From a virus (lineage: Duplodnaviria > Caudoviricetes), in the IMG/VR virus record IMGVR_UViG_3300046689_000961, positions 575 through 64,574 of that record: a stretch of 64,000 bases of DNA; one strand, written 5' to 3'. Below are positions 18,698 to 28,631 of the stretch, piece after piece. The notes under the pieces are model-generated. The model did not search any database and was not told where the DNA came from. It saw nothing but the letters and a program-made list of their open reading frames with translations. The position numbers and the translations under genes were made by a program. Each line of letters begins with the position of its first letter. The first letter of the stretch is position 1.

Positions 18698-21181
18698 CTA
18701 CAGCTTCTGGTCGTCGACCGCGCAGCCGGTGGTGGGCGTCGCCCCGCCGAGGCCGATCGAGGCGGCCGCCCGGAAGTGTTGCGAGGGCGGCGGCTGGGGC
18801 GGCCCGGGGACGTTTTCGAGGATGTTGCAGGGGTTCTTCGGCGCCACCGCCCCGTCGATCGGCGTGTCGCCGACCGGGTGCCCGGCCAGCCCCGCCCCCG
18901 GCGTGTCGCTGCCGAAGTTGGTGAGGTCGGTCGCGTCACGCAGCTTCCACCAGAGGGCCGGGAGGGTGCCGGCCGTGCAGTCGCACTCGGCCGCCATGTG
19001 GGCCTCGCTGATGCCGCCGGGGTTACTGGACGGGTTCCCCAGGAAGAGCTTGAAGTCGTAAAGGGAGATAGCCGTCGGCGCCTGGCCGGCCAGGAGCGTC
19101 GGGTTCGGGATCCCGCCGACGAAGACGGTGCGGGTGCCCGGGCCGATCGCGTCGGGCGAGACGGTGAGGTTCGCGTACGGCAGGAAGAACTTCGAGTAGC
19201 CGTCCGAGCGCGAGTTGACCGGGATGGTCGTCGAGGCGACGAGGGTACACCCGACCCACAGCTCGAGCGTCGACGAGGCGATCTGCGGCGTGAGTGGGCC
19301 GGTCGTGAGCGTCACCCAGCGCCACGCCACGCGCACCCAGCGGCCGGGGGGAATGACCGGGCCGGTGAGCGTCACCTTCTGGGCGTAGGAGGTCCCGGGC
19401 GGCGGCACCGAGGGCATCCCGAAGCCGACCGGGTAGGCCGAGTAGAACTCCGTCGTCTGGGCCGGGAAGCCCGGGCGGTTGTCACACGAGAGGGTCGTCT
19501 CGGTGGGACTCCCGATCGAGAAACACGGCTCAGGCAACCCGGTGAGGTAGATGATCTCGTAGCTGCCGACTTGGGCGTCGCGCGCGGCCGAGAGAGCCGG
19601 GAAGCCGAAGTCGCAATTCGGCGGCACATTCGGATCGATGCCGAAAATGGGCGGGATGCCGATGTACCACTGTGAGACGCAATCGTGCCACGTCCCCGAG
19701 AACGGCGGGAACATCGCCGACGGCTGCACGTTGCCAAAGAGGGGACCGGCGTCGAGCACCACGCAGCCCGAGCCGCCGGCCGGGCTGAGGGTGATGTCGG
19801 ACGGGCCGCCCGGGTTGGGCCCCGACGTGATGTACCCGGTGACGCGGCCGTCCTGCACCTCGCAAACGAGCCGCCCATTCCGCACGCCGAACCACCAGTA
19901 CGAGAACAGCGGGTTGAGGTAGGCCCACTCCCACGTATCGCCCGAGGGCGGGACATTGGGCGGCAGCCCCGGCGGCGGGATCGGGAGCGTCTTCCTGAAG
20001 TCGTCCTGAAACGGCCAGGCCCGATGGCGAATCGTCGAGTAGATGGTCGCCGAGCCGGTGTTGTCGAGCCGGATGTACGCCTCACAGGTGAGGTTGCCGT
20101 TCGTGTCGGCAATGGCTTGGGGGGAGGCCCCGCCGACGGCGAGCGTGCGTGACTGCGCGAGCGGGGTATCGGGGATGGTGAGGTAGCTGCGCGGCCCGCT
20201 CGTCAGACGGATGGACAGATTCTGCCGGGAATGTGACGGGCCGGCGACCGCAAACGACGAGTCCCCAATGAGGTTGAACGCGGCCACGCGCGCGAAGTAC
20301 AGCTGATCGGGCGAGACCGGGAGCGTGATCGTCGTCACGTTCGGGCCGACCCCATGGACCGTGCCCCAGACGACGTTGTCGACCGAGAGCTGAATCTTGA
20401 AGCCGTCCTCGTTGGTCGAGTTATCCGCCCAGGTGATCGTCGCCTGCTCGAACTGGCTCATGTCGATCGCGACATCCGACGGGGTATTCGGAATGACGCC
20501 GCCGCCGCCCCCGAGCACGGCCGGCCCGGCGACCGTTTGCGCGAGGCCCCCGACGCGCAGGAAGGGATGCCCCTGGCCGGAGGCATCGGCCGTGTCCATG
20601 TCGTTCGAGAGATTGGTCGCGCTGTAAATGCCGGTGGTGTTCGTAATCGCGTAGGCGTCACGCTCCTGCGCGATCTGGGTGGGCGTCAGGTTCACGCCGA
20701 TCCACACCTTGCAGTTCGTCATCGCGCACAGGTGGTCGCAATCAAAGTCGATCTGCCCGAGGTTCGGCAGGAGCGCATCGAACGTCGTCGTGAGGTCGAC
20801 CGAGAGGTTGAGCGTGTGGTCTTCGCTCGTCAGGTACAGCGTGTGCGCGCCGGCGTTGTAATTCCACGCCAGGTGGTACCACATGGTCGGCGAGAGGCTG
20901 TCAAAGTCGAACGCCCCGATGGGCGCGACAAACGTCGTGCCGTCGTAGCCGCTGTAGACGAGATGCGTCCCATGCGGCGGTCCGAAGATGCCCTCGATGT
21001 CAAAGAAATGCTGGTGGACGCCGCTCGTGTCGAAGATGTCGAAGATGCTGGGGTTGAAGCTGGTCGCCCCCCGGAACCAGCACATGAGGGTCCAGACGGT
21101 CGGTGGCCCGGCGGGCAGGCCGCCCGGGTCGGTCGAGAAGCGGCTGAAGCTGAAGCTCCCGGCGCCCGCGGCGACCGCCAT
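18698..21181 (-). CDS. LamG/concanavalin-like plus fibronectin type III virion protein
   Basis: WYHLAWNY and WVRVAWRW LamG-like strands; ITWADNSTNEDGFKIQ...YFARVAAFN is an Fn3 signature. Confidence 0.7.
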   Translation of the reverse strand: MAVAAGAGSFSFSRFSTDPGGLPAGPPTVWTLMCWFRGATSFNPSIFDIFDTSGVHQHFFDIEGIFGPPHGTHLVYSGYDGTTFVAPIGAFDFDSLSPTMWYHLAWNYNAGAHTLYLTSEDHTLNLSVDLTTTFDALLPNLGQIDFDCDHLCAMTNCKVWIGVNLTPTQIAQERDAYAITNTTGIYSATNLSNDMDTADASGQGHPFLRVGGLAQTVAGPAVLGGGGGVIPNTPSDVAIDMSQFEQATITWADNSTNEDGFKIQLSVDNVVWGTVHGVGPNVTTITLPVSPDQLYFARVAAFNLIGDSSFAVAGPSHSRQNLSIRLTSGPRSYLTIPDTPLAQSRTLAVGGASPQAIADTNGNLTCEAYIRLDNTGSATIYSTIRHRAWPFQDDFRKTLPIPPPGLPPNVPPSGDTWEWAYLNPLFSYWWFGVRNGRLVCEVQDGRVTGYITSGPNPGGPSDITLSPAGGSGCVVLDAGPLFGNVQPSAMFPPFSGTWHDCVSQWYIGIPPIFGIDPNVPPNCDFGFPALSAARDAQVGSYEIIYLTGLPEPCFSIGSPTETTLSCDNRPGFPAQTTEFYSAYPVGFGMPSVPPPGTSYAQKVTLTGPVIPPGRWVRVAWRWVTLTTGPLTPQIASSTLELWVGCTLVASTTIPVNSRSDGYSKFFLPYANLTVSPDAIGPGTRTVFVGGIPNPTLLAGQAPTAISLYDFKLFLGNPSSNPGGISEAHMAAECDCTAGTLPALWWKLRDATDLTNFGSDTPGAGLAGHPVGDTPIDGAVAPKNPCNILENVPGPPQPPPSQHFRAAASIGLGGATPTTGCAVDDQKL

Positions 21182-21184
21182 CAG

Positions 21185-21670
21185 TTACCGCCCGTAGGAC
21201 GGTTCGGCGTGCAGGATGATTTGAATCGCGCCGGTCGTCTTGCCGGACGCGGAGCGGTTGCACAGCACGAGGTGGATCTTGCCCGCGCCGGCCGCGTCGA
21301 AGTACGGGATGTCCAGGCCGCCCTTGTAGTAGTAGTAGCTGCCCGCGCCAGCGAACTGCTTCCCGTCGGCGGCGATGAACCGCCAGCCGCCGAGGAAGCT
21401 CGCGCTGGCAATGGCCGAGGCGACGGCCGCTGAGAACACGTCGATTTCCCAGTCGAGGTTGTCGACCGAGACGACCGTGATGCCACGAATCCGGCAGGCG
21501 ACGCTCGTCCCGCCCAGACCCTGGTCGACGTAGCCGACCGGGGGGTTGGCCGCGACGCCGGTCGCGGGCACCGGCGGGAGGTCGACGCCGAGCGTCGCGT
21601 TCTGGGCGAGCGTCGCCGTGAACTGCGTCGCCGGGTCGGTCTGGACGAGGATGATCTGGCCGACTTGCAT
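21185..21670 (-). CDS. Hypothetical structural protein
   Basis: 161 aa beta-rich, RBS GAGGGG, in operon. Confidence 0.6.
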   Translation of the reverse strand: MQVGQIILVQTDPATQFTATLAQNATLGVDLPPVPATGVAANPPVGYVDQGLGGTSVACRIRGITVVSVDNLDWEIDVFSAAVASAIASASFLGGWRFIAADGKQFAGAGSYYYYKGGLDIPYFDAAGAGKIHLVLCNRSASGKTTGAIQIILHAEPSYGR

Positions 21671-21688
21671 GGACGGGGGTCCCCTCGC

Positions 21689-21934
21689 CTACTCGGTCTG
21701 GAACGTGCCGGGGGACGCGACCGGCGGCATGTCGACCTGGGTGCCCGGGCCGTTCTCGCCACCCGTCACGCCGAAGGTGGTGATCTGGGCGGGGAGGCCC
21801 GACATCGAATTGGCCGACTCTTTCTCGGCGCCACCCGGCAGGTCGAAGCCGCCGGTGGTGTCGCCTGAGCCGGAGGGGCTGCCCGACGGGGCGCTCGCCA
21901 CGGCCTTCTCGAACGGGGTCTGGAGTTCAGCCAT
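21689..21934 (-). CDS. Hypothetical small protein
   Basis: 81 aa with RBS GAGG and an upstream TAGAAT box. Confidence 0.55.
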   Translation of the reverse strand: MAELQTPFEKAVASAPSGSPSGSGDTTGGFDLPGGAEKESANSMSGLPAQITTFGVTGGENGPGTQVDMPPVASPGTFQTE

Positions 21935-21964
21935 AAGGTCCTCGTCGGGGATTCTACACGAAGC

Positions 21965-22588
21965 TCAGTCGTGCTGCATCGGGAGCATCCCGGTGCCTTG
22001 GTCGAGCCGCACGCCGCGATGCGTCCATTGCCCAGTCAGCCAGAGTTCAAGATTATCGGGGTGATTATCTCCCCGGTCGCCGTTGCGATGATGCACATCC
22101 TCGTGGCGCGTCAGCGGTCGCCCGAGCTTCTCGGCCATCACGAGGCGGTGTTCCTTCTCCCAGCCGCGCGGCGTCTTCACCGAGACGTAGCCATTTTTAT
22201 CGACTTGGCGGTCACCGAGAGGCCGATAACGCGAACGGCCCACGACCAGCTTCTGCGCGCGGATGAGCCGGTTACGGTGCCGGGTCGCGCACGACCGCGA
22301 ACACAGTTGATGCTTGGGGAGCTTGCACGGCCGTCCGCACTCGCTACACGGTGGAAGGGCGACACGAAGCGAGGCGCCATAGCAAGCCCGCGAACAAAAG
22401 CGGCGGCGGACCCAACCGCCATGTACGGGCTGTCCGCACTGCTGACAGGGACGCGGTTTCTTGCGCGATCTGATGTGTGCGTACGCGCATGTTGGCGAGC
22501 AGTACTTGGTGCTGGCGTGCCATGGATGAAATTCCACACGACACTGCCCGCAGACCACGAGCCTGCCCTGCGTGCGCTTACCAGCCAA
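21965..22588 (-). CDS. HNH homing endonuclease with three N-terminal Cys4 zinc-finger-like repeats
   Basis: EHRLVMAEKLGRPL...VHHRNGDRGDNHPDNLEL; CxxC...(Y/F/L)CSxxC repeated three times; probable TTG start at 22588 after GAGGGGG; locally lower GC. Confidence 0.85.
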   Translation of the reverse strand: MAGKRTQGRLVVCGQCRVEFHPWHASTKYCSPTCAYAHIRSRKKPRPCQQCGQPVHGGWVRRRFCSRACYGASLRVALPPCSECGRPCKLPKHQLCSRSCATRHRNRLIRAQKLVVGRSRYRPLGDRQVDKNGYVSVKTPRGWEKEHRLVMAEKLGRPLTRHEDVHHRNGDRGDNHPDNLELWLTGQWTHRGVRLDQGTGMLPMQHD

Positions 22589-23900
22589 GACTTCCCCCTC
22601 CCCAGTTCGCGTAGGAAGAAAGCGTCGCGTCGGATGCTTGCAGCAAATGTGTACTGTACGCCCACGTGTACATCGACCACCGCTGCCAGGGGATCGTATC
22701 GAAGGACTGCTGCCATTGGTCGTCGTCGCGCAAGTCGAGCTGCTGGGCCGCCAGCTCGAAGTCGGCGTCGAGCGTGCGCGCCAGCATGAGGTTGAAGTAC
22801 GGGTTCTTCTGGTCGAGCGTGCCGGGCCACTTGGCCGCGCGCGCCAGCGCCCCGGTCTCGAGGATGTCGACGCGGGACTGGAGGAGGCCCGGGATGGCGT
22901 CGGTATCGGCGAGGAGCCCCGGCCGGCGCGCGTAGTAGTACTGCAGGGCCCCGGCGGCGGTCGGCTTCGGCCAGTACTCGTACTGCATCTGGCCGCGCGT
23001 CGCGCTGAAGACGCTGTTCGAGGACGGCACGAGCAGCCGCGGGGTCGCATCGGCCGCCGTGCGGTTCGGGTCGATGAGGTCCAGCTCCATCTGCGTGCCC
23101 CACCACGGGACCATCCGCTGATAGATCGGGTCGACGACGACGACAAACGCGCCGAAGTCGACGGGCATCGTGGCGTAGCAATCCGAGATGGTCGCCGAAA
23201 CGACGCCGGCTGAGAGGCCCTGGTACGCCAGCGAGAGGGTGACGGAACTCCCGTCGGCTGCCACCGAGAGGATCGTGTAGATCGGCCACGTCCCTTGGCG
23301 GAATTGCCGGCCGGCGTCGCCCGCGACAAACGTCGCGACCGCGGCCGTGACCAGCGTCGAGCCGAGGGTCACCACACAGTCGACCTGGCGGGCGGCCGCG
23401 AAGGTGATCTGGTCCTGCGCGACGACCCAGCCCCACTGCCGCTTCATCACGAGCGCGCGGAAGGCGTCCTGGACCCACGTGCGGACGAGATGGAGCGGCG
23501 CGTTCGGCGCGTAGAGGCGCACCTTGCGCCACACGTCCTCGAAGGTGAGGACGCCCGGGCCGGCGGCCGGGGTGACGACTTGTGGCGCGGTCGGGACGAC
23601 CTGGAGGGGCGAGAACGAGACGACGGCGTACTGGGTGTCGACCGGGTCGGCCCCGGTCGCCGAGGCGTGGAGGATGAGTGGGCCGAGCGTGTTGGCGTCG
23701 CCCGCGTTCGGCGCGACTTGATACCAGCCGTTGCCGATCTCGCTCACGGCGCCGGCGGCCGGGGTGAACGGGCTGCCGGCCTTCGAGAGCACCACCGTCG
23801 GCGTCGCCCCGACGACGGGCGAAATGTGGTCGGCGGCCGCGATGAGGATGAAGACGAGCGGCTGGGTCAGGTTGTACTGCTGGAGGTTCTCAGCCGGCAT
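22578..23900 (-). CDS. Multidomain adaptor-like virion protein
   Basis: N-terminal Ig-like module (SEIGNGWYQV), then LTFEDVWRKVR...YATMPVDF...YWPKPT adaptor pattern with an inserted beta module. Confidence 0.6.
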   Translation of the reverse strand: MPAENLQQYNLTQPLVFILIAAADHISPVVGATPTVVLSKAGSPFTPAAGAVSEIGNGWYQVAPNAGDANTLGPLILHASATGADPVDTQYAVVSFSPLQVVPTAPQVVTPAAGPGVLTFEDVWRKVRLYAPNAPLHLVRTWVQDAFRALVMKRQWGWVVAQDQITFAAARQVDCVVTLGSTLVTAAVATFVAGDAGRQFRQGTWPIYTILSVAADGSSVTLSLAYQGLSAGVVSATISDCYATMPVDFGAFVVVVDPIYQRMVPWWGTQMELDLIDPNRTAADATPRLLVPSSNSVFSATRGQMQYEYWPKPTAAGALQYYYARRPGLLADTDAIPGLLQSRVDILETGALARAAKWPGTLDQKNPYFNLMLARTLDADFELAAQQLDLRDDDQWQQSFDTIPWQRWSMYTWAYSTHLLQASDATLSSYANWGGGSLGW

Positions 23901-23909
23901 GGGGGCATC

Positions 23910-25730
23910 CTATAGCTTTTCGGGTTCGGTGCGGCTGCCGATGCGCAGCTGCAGACTCCGGCGATAGAGCGGCCGCTCGTGCGGCGGCGGCGTCGGGCCG
24001 TACGGGGCATGGTAGGCCGCCCCGAGGAGCGCGGCCGACCGCACGACGGTGAGATGGTCTGGGTAGATGACCCCCCACGACAGCGGCGGCACCGGGTTCT
24101 GGATGATGCGGAGCGGCTCGGTATAGTCGGTGAGGTCGCGCCACGACACGCGCGGGTGCAGCGGCTCGGTCTGGCCCCATTCGGTGTACGGCACTGGCGG
24201 CGGCAGGATCGGCTCGGTCAGCCAATCAGGCGCCGCGTGGCCCGCGCGGCGCACCTGATCGGGGAAGACGTCCACGAAGTAGGTAGGCGCTGGGGCGGCG
24301 GGCGGCGTGACCGGGGCGGTATACGTCGTCCGCGGGACGGCCACCCCAAACCGGGCCCCAGGCAGACTCGTGTCGATGATCGGCGGGGCCGGCGGGGGCG
24401 CAGGGGGCGCGGTGAACCAGCCCTCGGCGGCCTTGGTCCCGGCCCGCACCTGATCCGGGTAGGTGTCAGTGAAGTAGGTCGGGGCCGGCGTCGTCGGGAC
24501 CGTCGCCGGGATCGTGAACCAGCCGGGGGCCGTCCGGGTGGGGAGGACCGGGTCGACGCGCACCGAGGCGAACCAGGTCGGGAGGATCGGCGGCCCGAGC
24601 GGATCGGCGAGGACCCAGCCGTGAGGCGGCGGCGGCGCCGGGGCGACCGGATCCCCCACCTGACTCCAGCCCCAGACGACGGTCGACGGCGTGTACGGCG
24701 TGAAGGTAAGGAAGGACGAGCCGGTCTTCTGGTTGTTGTAGGTGGCGGTGACCCAGTCGGCCGAGCGGGTGGTCACGGCGAAGGTGATCTCATCGAGCAC
24801 GGCATTCAAGTAATTCGAGGGCGTCGAGTAGGCGCCCATCGCGATCGTCGTGTCCGAATTGTCGAGCGTGCCGGTCAGGGCCGCCGTGACGTCGGCCGCG
24901 CCGTCCACGTACGCCTGGACCGTCGTGCCGTCCCACGTGAGGACGACATGATGCGCGACCCCGCCGAAATCGAAGACCGCGGCTGTCGTCGCGGTGTTGC
25001 CGGTGTTGCCGCCAATCGAGTTCTGAATGTAGAAGACGACTTTCTGGAAGTCGCCCGTTTGCCCCTTGGCGATCACGAAATCGGAGAAGCCACCCGTGCC
25101 CTTGCTGAGGACTCCCTCAAACCCGCCCGCGTTTGGAAAGCCGTTCGCCCAGAAGGTGATCGTGAAGGCGGTGATGCCGCCAAACCCGGCCGGGGCCGAG
25201 AGGTACTGACTGTTCGCGGCGATAAAGGACGCCCCGCCGTCGATCTGGCCGGCCGCTGCCGCGACCGCGTTGTGATTGGTCGCGTCGTTAGCGTTGCCGG
25301 TCGAGTCGAGGGTGGCCAGGGTGGTCCCATCGGGCAGGTGGTACACGCCCTTGTAGTTCGACTCCCACGTCCCGGAGACATTCCCTTGGAAGGTCGAGAC
25401 CGAGGCGTCACCGTACCCGAGGTAGAAGAGGAGATCGATCGCGTGCGTGAGGGTCGGCACCTGGACGTGCGCCACGAGCGTCCCGGCGACGCCATCGTAG
25501 AACTCGATCTCGAAATTGAGGAGGCTGGTGATCGCCGGGTCACTCGCGAAGGCGAGATCGGCCGGGACGACCTGGCCGTGCGACGTGACCGTGTGCTGGA
25601 TGAGGCCGCCGTTCCCGACGGTTTTCAGGTTCGGGTCGGAGATTCCGACCTTGACGACGAAGTTGGACGAGTCGGTCCCGCCACACTGGGTGTGGTCGAC
25701 CGCGATTTCGACGAAGTGGGCATAGGCCAT
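23910..25730 (-). CDS. DUF2341/LamG-domain virion protein with Pro-rich C-terminal repeats
   Basis: DLAF...LNFEIEFYD...AHVQVP...FYLGYGD (DUF2341-like), HHVVLTWDGTTVQAYVDG, LDEI, RSADWV (LamG). Confidence 0.75.
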   Translation of the reverse strand: MAYAHFVEIAVDHTQCGGTDSSNFVVKVGISDPNLKTVGNGGLIQHTVTSHGQVVPADLAFASDPAITSLLNFEIEFYDGVAGTLVAHVQVPTLTHAIDLLFYLGYGDASVSTFQGNVSGTWESNYKGVYHLPDGTTLATLDSTGNANDATNHNAVAAAAGQIDGGASFIAANSQYLSAPAGFGGITAFTITFWANGFPNAGGFEGVLSKGTGGFSDFVIAKGQTGDFQKVVFYIQNSIGGNTGNTATTAAVFDFGGVAHHVVLTWDGTTVQAYVDGAADVTAALTGTLDNSDTTIAMGAYSTPSNYLNAVLDEITFAVTTRSADWVTATYNNQKTGSSFLTFTPYTPSTVVWGWSQVGDPVAPAPPPPHGWVLADPLGPPILPTWFASVRVDPVLPTRTAPGWFTIPATVPTTPAPTYFTDTYPDQVRAGTKAAEGWFTAPPAPPPAPPIIDTSLPGARFGVAVPRTTYTAPVTPPAAPAPTYFVDVFPDQVRRAGHAAPDWLTEPILPPPVPYTEWGQTEPLHPRVSWRDLTDYTEPLRIIQNPVPPLSWGVIYPDHLTVVRSAALLGAAYHAPYGPTPPPHERPLYRRSLQLRIGSRTEPEKL

Positions 25731-25733
25731 CGG

Positions 25734-26057
25734 CTAGACGCCGACGGTACGAAGCAGCCGAGCGCGCGCCTCCATCCGATCGAGCTGCTGCTCCCACGGG
25801 TCACAGCCGCCCTTCTCAATACAGGCGAGGCAGAGCGGACGCTGGCAGGTGTAGCAGCCGCCGCCCATTTCTTCCCGCCACGGGGTGCCCAGCGGCGCCC
25901 CGAGGTGCGGCGGGAGGAGGTACACCGTCTGGGCCGAACCGGGCTTGACGTGAATCACGTGCTGACAGTGGAAGCACGTGATCGTGTCACGCTCGATGGA
26001 CGGGCCGTCTGGGTCGGTCCAGACGGCGTAGCCGCGCGCGACACGAGGGTCGGGCAT
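25734..26057 (-). CDS. Cys-rich zinc-binding protein
   Basis: TCFHCQH, CYTCQRPLCLAC. Confidence 0.6.
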   Translation of the reverse strand: MPDPRVARGYAVWTDPDGPSIERDTITCFHCQHVIHVKPGSAQTVYLLPPHLGAPLGTPWREEMGGGCYTCQRPLCLACIEKGGCDPWEQQLDRMEARARLLRTVGV

Positions 26058-26071
26058 CGTCGGCCCCGACC

Positions 26072-26518
26072 CTACTGCGAATCGACCATGAGCGTGGCCG
26101 AGAAGTCGACGGCCGAGGCCGAGGCCAAAGCGCCGGTGATGCCGTTGTTCGCGGTGACCGGCCAGACCAGTTCGCCGCCCGGCTGGGCGGCCCAGCGGTA
26201 GGTACCGCGCTGGTTCACCGGCACGCGCAGGAGCAGGACGCCGAGCGTCGGGTCAGCCGTGTAGGTGTCCGAGGCCAAGAAGCCGGTCGCGGCCAGGTCG
26301 GCCACGTCGAGCGGGCTCGGCGTGTTCGAGGCGCCGGTGCCGGCGGTCGAACTGCGCACGAGGGTGTGATCGAACGCGTTGTCGGCCGGCGTCGCGGGAC
26401 TGCCGACCATGTAGTCGTAGACGCGGCCACGCGCGCTGGCCGAGGCGGCCGCCCGCGCGTTCACGATCGACTTCACCGACGCCGTGCCTTTGTTACCCGC
26501 CACCGCAAACTTGGCCAT
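26072..26518 (-). CDS. Hypothetical structural protein
   Basis: 148 aa, strong RBS AAGGAG. Confidence 0.65.
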   Translation of the reverse strand: MAKFAVAGNKGTASVKSIVNARAAASASARGRVYDYMVGSPATPADNAFDHTLVRSSTAGTGASNTPSPLDVADLAATGFLASDTYTADPTLGVLLLRVPVNQRGTYRWAAQPGGELVWPVTANNGITGALASASAVDFSATLMVDSQ

Positions 26519-26552
26519 GCGAGTCTCCTTGGGGAGGGATTCTACAACGAAC

Positions 26553-26583
26553 GACGCCGGTGAGGGGGATCCCCACCGGCGTC
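26553..26583 (-). terminator. Hairpin downstream of the capsid genes, possible terminator or processing site
   Basis: GACGCCGGTG...CACCGGCGTC 10-bp inverted repeat in an intergenic gap; U-tract is weak. Confidence 0.4.
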
Positions 26584-26626
26584 CAGGGTCGTCCGGCGGC
26601 GCCCGTAGCGTCGCCGCGTGATCGGC

Positions 26627-26947
26627 CTACTGGCCGATCACTTCGATGTAGGCCGTGTAGGTGCTGAGATTGGTCAGGGCGGCGATTTCCGCCCCGGCCA
26701 TGTCGAACACCTGGAAGGCGTCGGTCGACGGCTCGTAGCGCCCGATGAGAATGGCCGTCCCGTTCGACAGGATGAAGCCGTTCACCACGAACACCTTGCC
26801 GATGCCCAGCGCGTCCTTCACGCCGATGTCGCCGCCGGTCGTATAGCTGGCCGGGCCGACATAGGAGCAGAGATACCGCCGAGTGGTCGACCCCGCGTCT
26901 TGCGGGGCCTTGCCACTCTGCGTCTTGTCGAGGGTACCTGCGAGCAT
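26627..26947 (-). CDS. Putative head decoration protein
   Basis: GPASYTTGG motif; downstream of the capsid gene. Confidence 0.55.
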   Translation of the reverse strand: MLAGTLDKTQSGKAPQDAGSTTRRYLCSYVGPASYTTGGDIGVKDALGIGKVFVVNGFILSNGTAILIGRYEPSTDAFQVFDMAGAEIAALTNLSTYTAYIEVIGQ

Positions 26948-26956
26948 GGATCCCCC

Positions 26957-27514
26957 TTATGGATTCTCGTCGACGTCGATGTCGACGAGGCCGAAGTGGC
27001 TCGTGGCGGCGCCCGCCGACATGCCGATCTTCGGGTAGGACGACGCGGTGCCCGCGGCCAGGCAGTCGGCCTTGGCATCGGTCGCGCTCGGCGTCACGAA
27101 CAGACCCGTGGCGTCGGGCGAGGCGGTCGGCGAGTCGATGTAGTTGACGTTGCCGATGCCCTTCACCTGGATGCACACGATGTTCTGGGCGGTGACATCC
27201 GCGGTGACCGGGGCCGTGGCGGCCGTCGACTGGAAGACGCCGGCGACCTGGCCGCGGCCCGGCGCCGAGGCGCTGGTCGTGACGAGGTACTTGGCGCGAT
27301 CCTTCCACCAGGCGACGGCGCCGGCGTACGGCAGGACCGACATCGTCGAGTCGAGCTGGACGACCTGCCACCCTTTGGCGCGGTTGGAGTCGCTCTTGTC
27401 GACGAGGATGGCCCGCTGGCCGAGCTGGCCCGGGTAGACGGTCGCCGCGCGGTTCTCGGTCTGCGGGCTGCCGCTGACGAGGTAGAGCGTCTGCTGCGGG
27501 AAGTTGTTGGGCAT
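26957..27514 (-). CDS. Putative capsid cement/decoration protein
   Basis: 185 aa immediately after the major capsid gene, RBS GGAGG, PGQLG and CIQVKG pattern. Confidence 0.55.
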   Translation of the reverse strand: MPNNFPQQTLYLVSGSPQTENRAATVYPGQLGQRAILVDKSDSNRAKGWQVVQLDSTMSVLPYAGAVAWWKDRAKYLVTTSASAPGRGQVAGVFQSTAATAPVTADVTAQNIVCIQVKGIGNVNYIDSPTASPDATGLFVTPSATDAKADCLAAGTASSYPKIGMSAGAATSHFGLVDIDVDENP

Positions 27515-27532
27515 GATGTCCTCCGTCTCCCC

Positions 27533-28582
27533 TTAGCTGGTGAGGCCGTAGAGGCCCCGGTTGAGGCGCGGGCTGCGGCAGGTGAGATTGCCGCCGAAGA
27601 GAATCTGCCCGCTGACCTGGTTGTCATCGCGCGCGCCCTTGAAGCCGGTGAAGCCGAAGGCGAACTTGGGCGAGGCCGCGATGTAGAGGCGGAGGTACGC
27701 GTCGTCGCCCTGGGGGCCGGGATTGAGCCACCAGAAGGTCTCCGACGTGTTCGAGTAGTTGCCCAGGTCGGCGTCATTCACGCCATCCTGCCCGGGACAG
27801 TACTGGGAGACGACGATCGTCGCCTGGTTGAACTTCAGGCCGGGCCAGTTGATCTCCGGGTCGAGCACGTCGATCTTCTGCTGCGGCGTGAAGGTCTCGG
27901 CGATGAAGCCCATCTCGCGGTTGGTCGTGATGCCGAGCTTGGGCCGTTCGGCCCCGATGACGCACGACATGTACGTCTGCTCGAGCATGCGGAAGGACGT
28001 CGTCGCGATGTTGGCGCCGATGAGTCCGGTCGGGCTGTTGAGCGCCGGCGAGACGGCGGCGCGCGTCTGCAGGCCGTAGCTCGGGAAGGTCTTCCCGCTC
28101 CAGGTCGCATCGGTGCCGTTGGTGAACGCTTCCTCAAGGCCGTTGATTTCGGCCGTGCGGTCCACCCCGCCGACGTTCTGGCCGTTCTGGAAGGCAGCGA
28201 TTTCGAGAATCGCCGACATCGTGAGGGCCGCGTTCGCCATGTCGACCTTGAGGGTCGAGAAGACGGCGGTCGGGCCGGCCATTTCGACTTCGAGGTCTTC
28301 CAGGAACTCGGTGATGTTCACCTCGTAGTAGCGCGGGGTGAACTGAATGCCCGAGCGGGTCTGCTGGCGGGTGATGTTGAAGGTCGAGCCCTTCTTGTAC
28401 GCGCCACCCTTCAGCGCCTTGAACTCGTAGTTCTCCTGGATGAGCGGGCCGGTCCACTTCTGGTTGAAGCGGGTCTTGAGGTACGCGATGAGCGGCCCCG
28501 CCTTGAAGTAGTTGTCGACTACGCCGCGATTGATCTTCTTGGTCGCGACCGTGTTGACTTCGTCGAGCAGAATGTTAGCCAT
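27533..28582 (-). CDS. Major capsid protein (HK97 fold)
   Basis: 349 aa, VVDNYFKAGPLIAYL, INGLEE, GQILFGGNLTCRSPR; RBS AGGAGG; portal-scaffold-capsid gene order. Confidence 0.85.
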   Translation of the reverse strand: MANILLDEVNTVATKKINRGVVDNYFKAGPLIAYLKTRFNQKWTGPLIQENYEFKALKGGAYKKGSTFNITRQQTRSGIQFTPRYYEVNITEFLEDLEVEMAGPTAVFSTLKVDMANAALTMSAILEIAAFQNGQNVGGVDRTAEINGLEEAFTNGTDATWSGKTFPSYGLQTRAAVSPALNSPTGLIGANIATTSFRMLEQTYMSCVIGAERPKLGITTNREMGFIAETFTPQQKIDVLDPEINWPGLKFNQATIVVSQYCPGQDGVNDADLGNYSNTSETFWWLNPGPQGDDAYLRLYIAASPKFAFGFTGFKGARDDNQVSGQILFGGNLTCRSPRLNRGLYGLTS

Positions 28583-28631
28583 GCTGAGAGCGCCTCCTGG
28601 GCGCGGTCAGCGATGGGAAGGCCCGAGCGAG

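Noticed and set aside
22589-23329. N-terminal half of the 454-aa ORF 21965-23329
   Set aside because: Alternate-frame read-through of the adaptor gene; the credible HNH gene starts near 22588 after an RBS.
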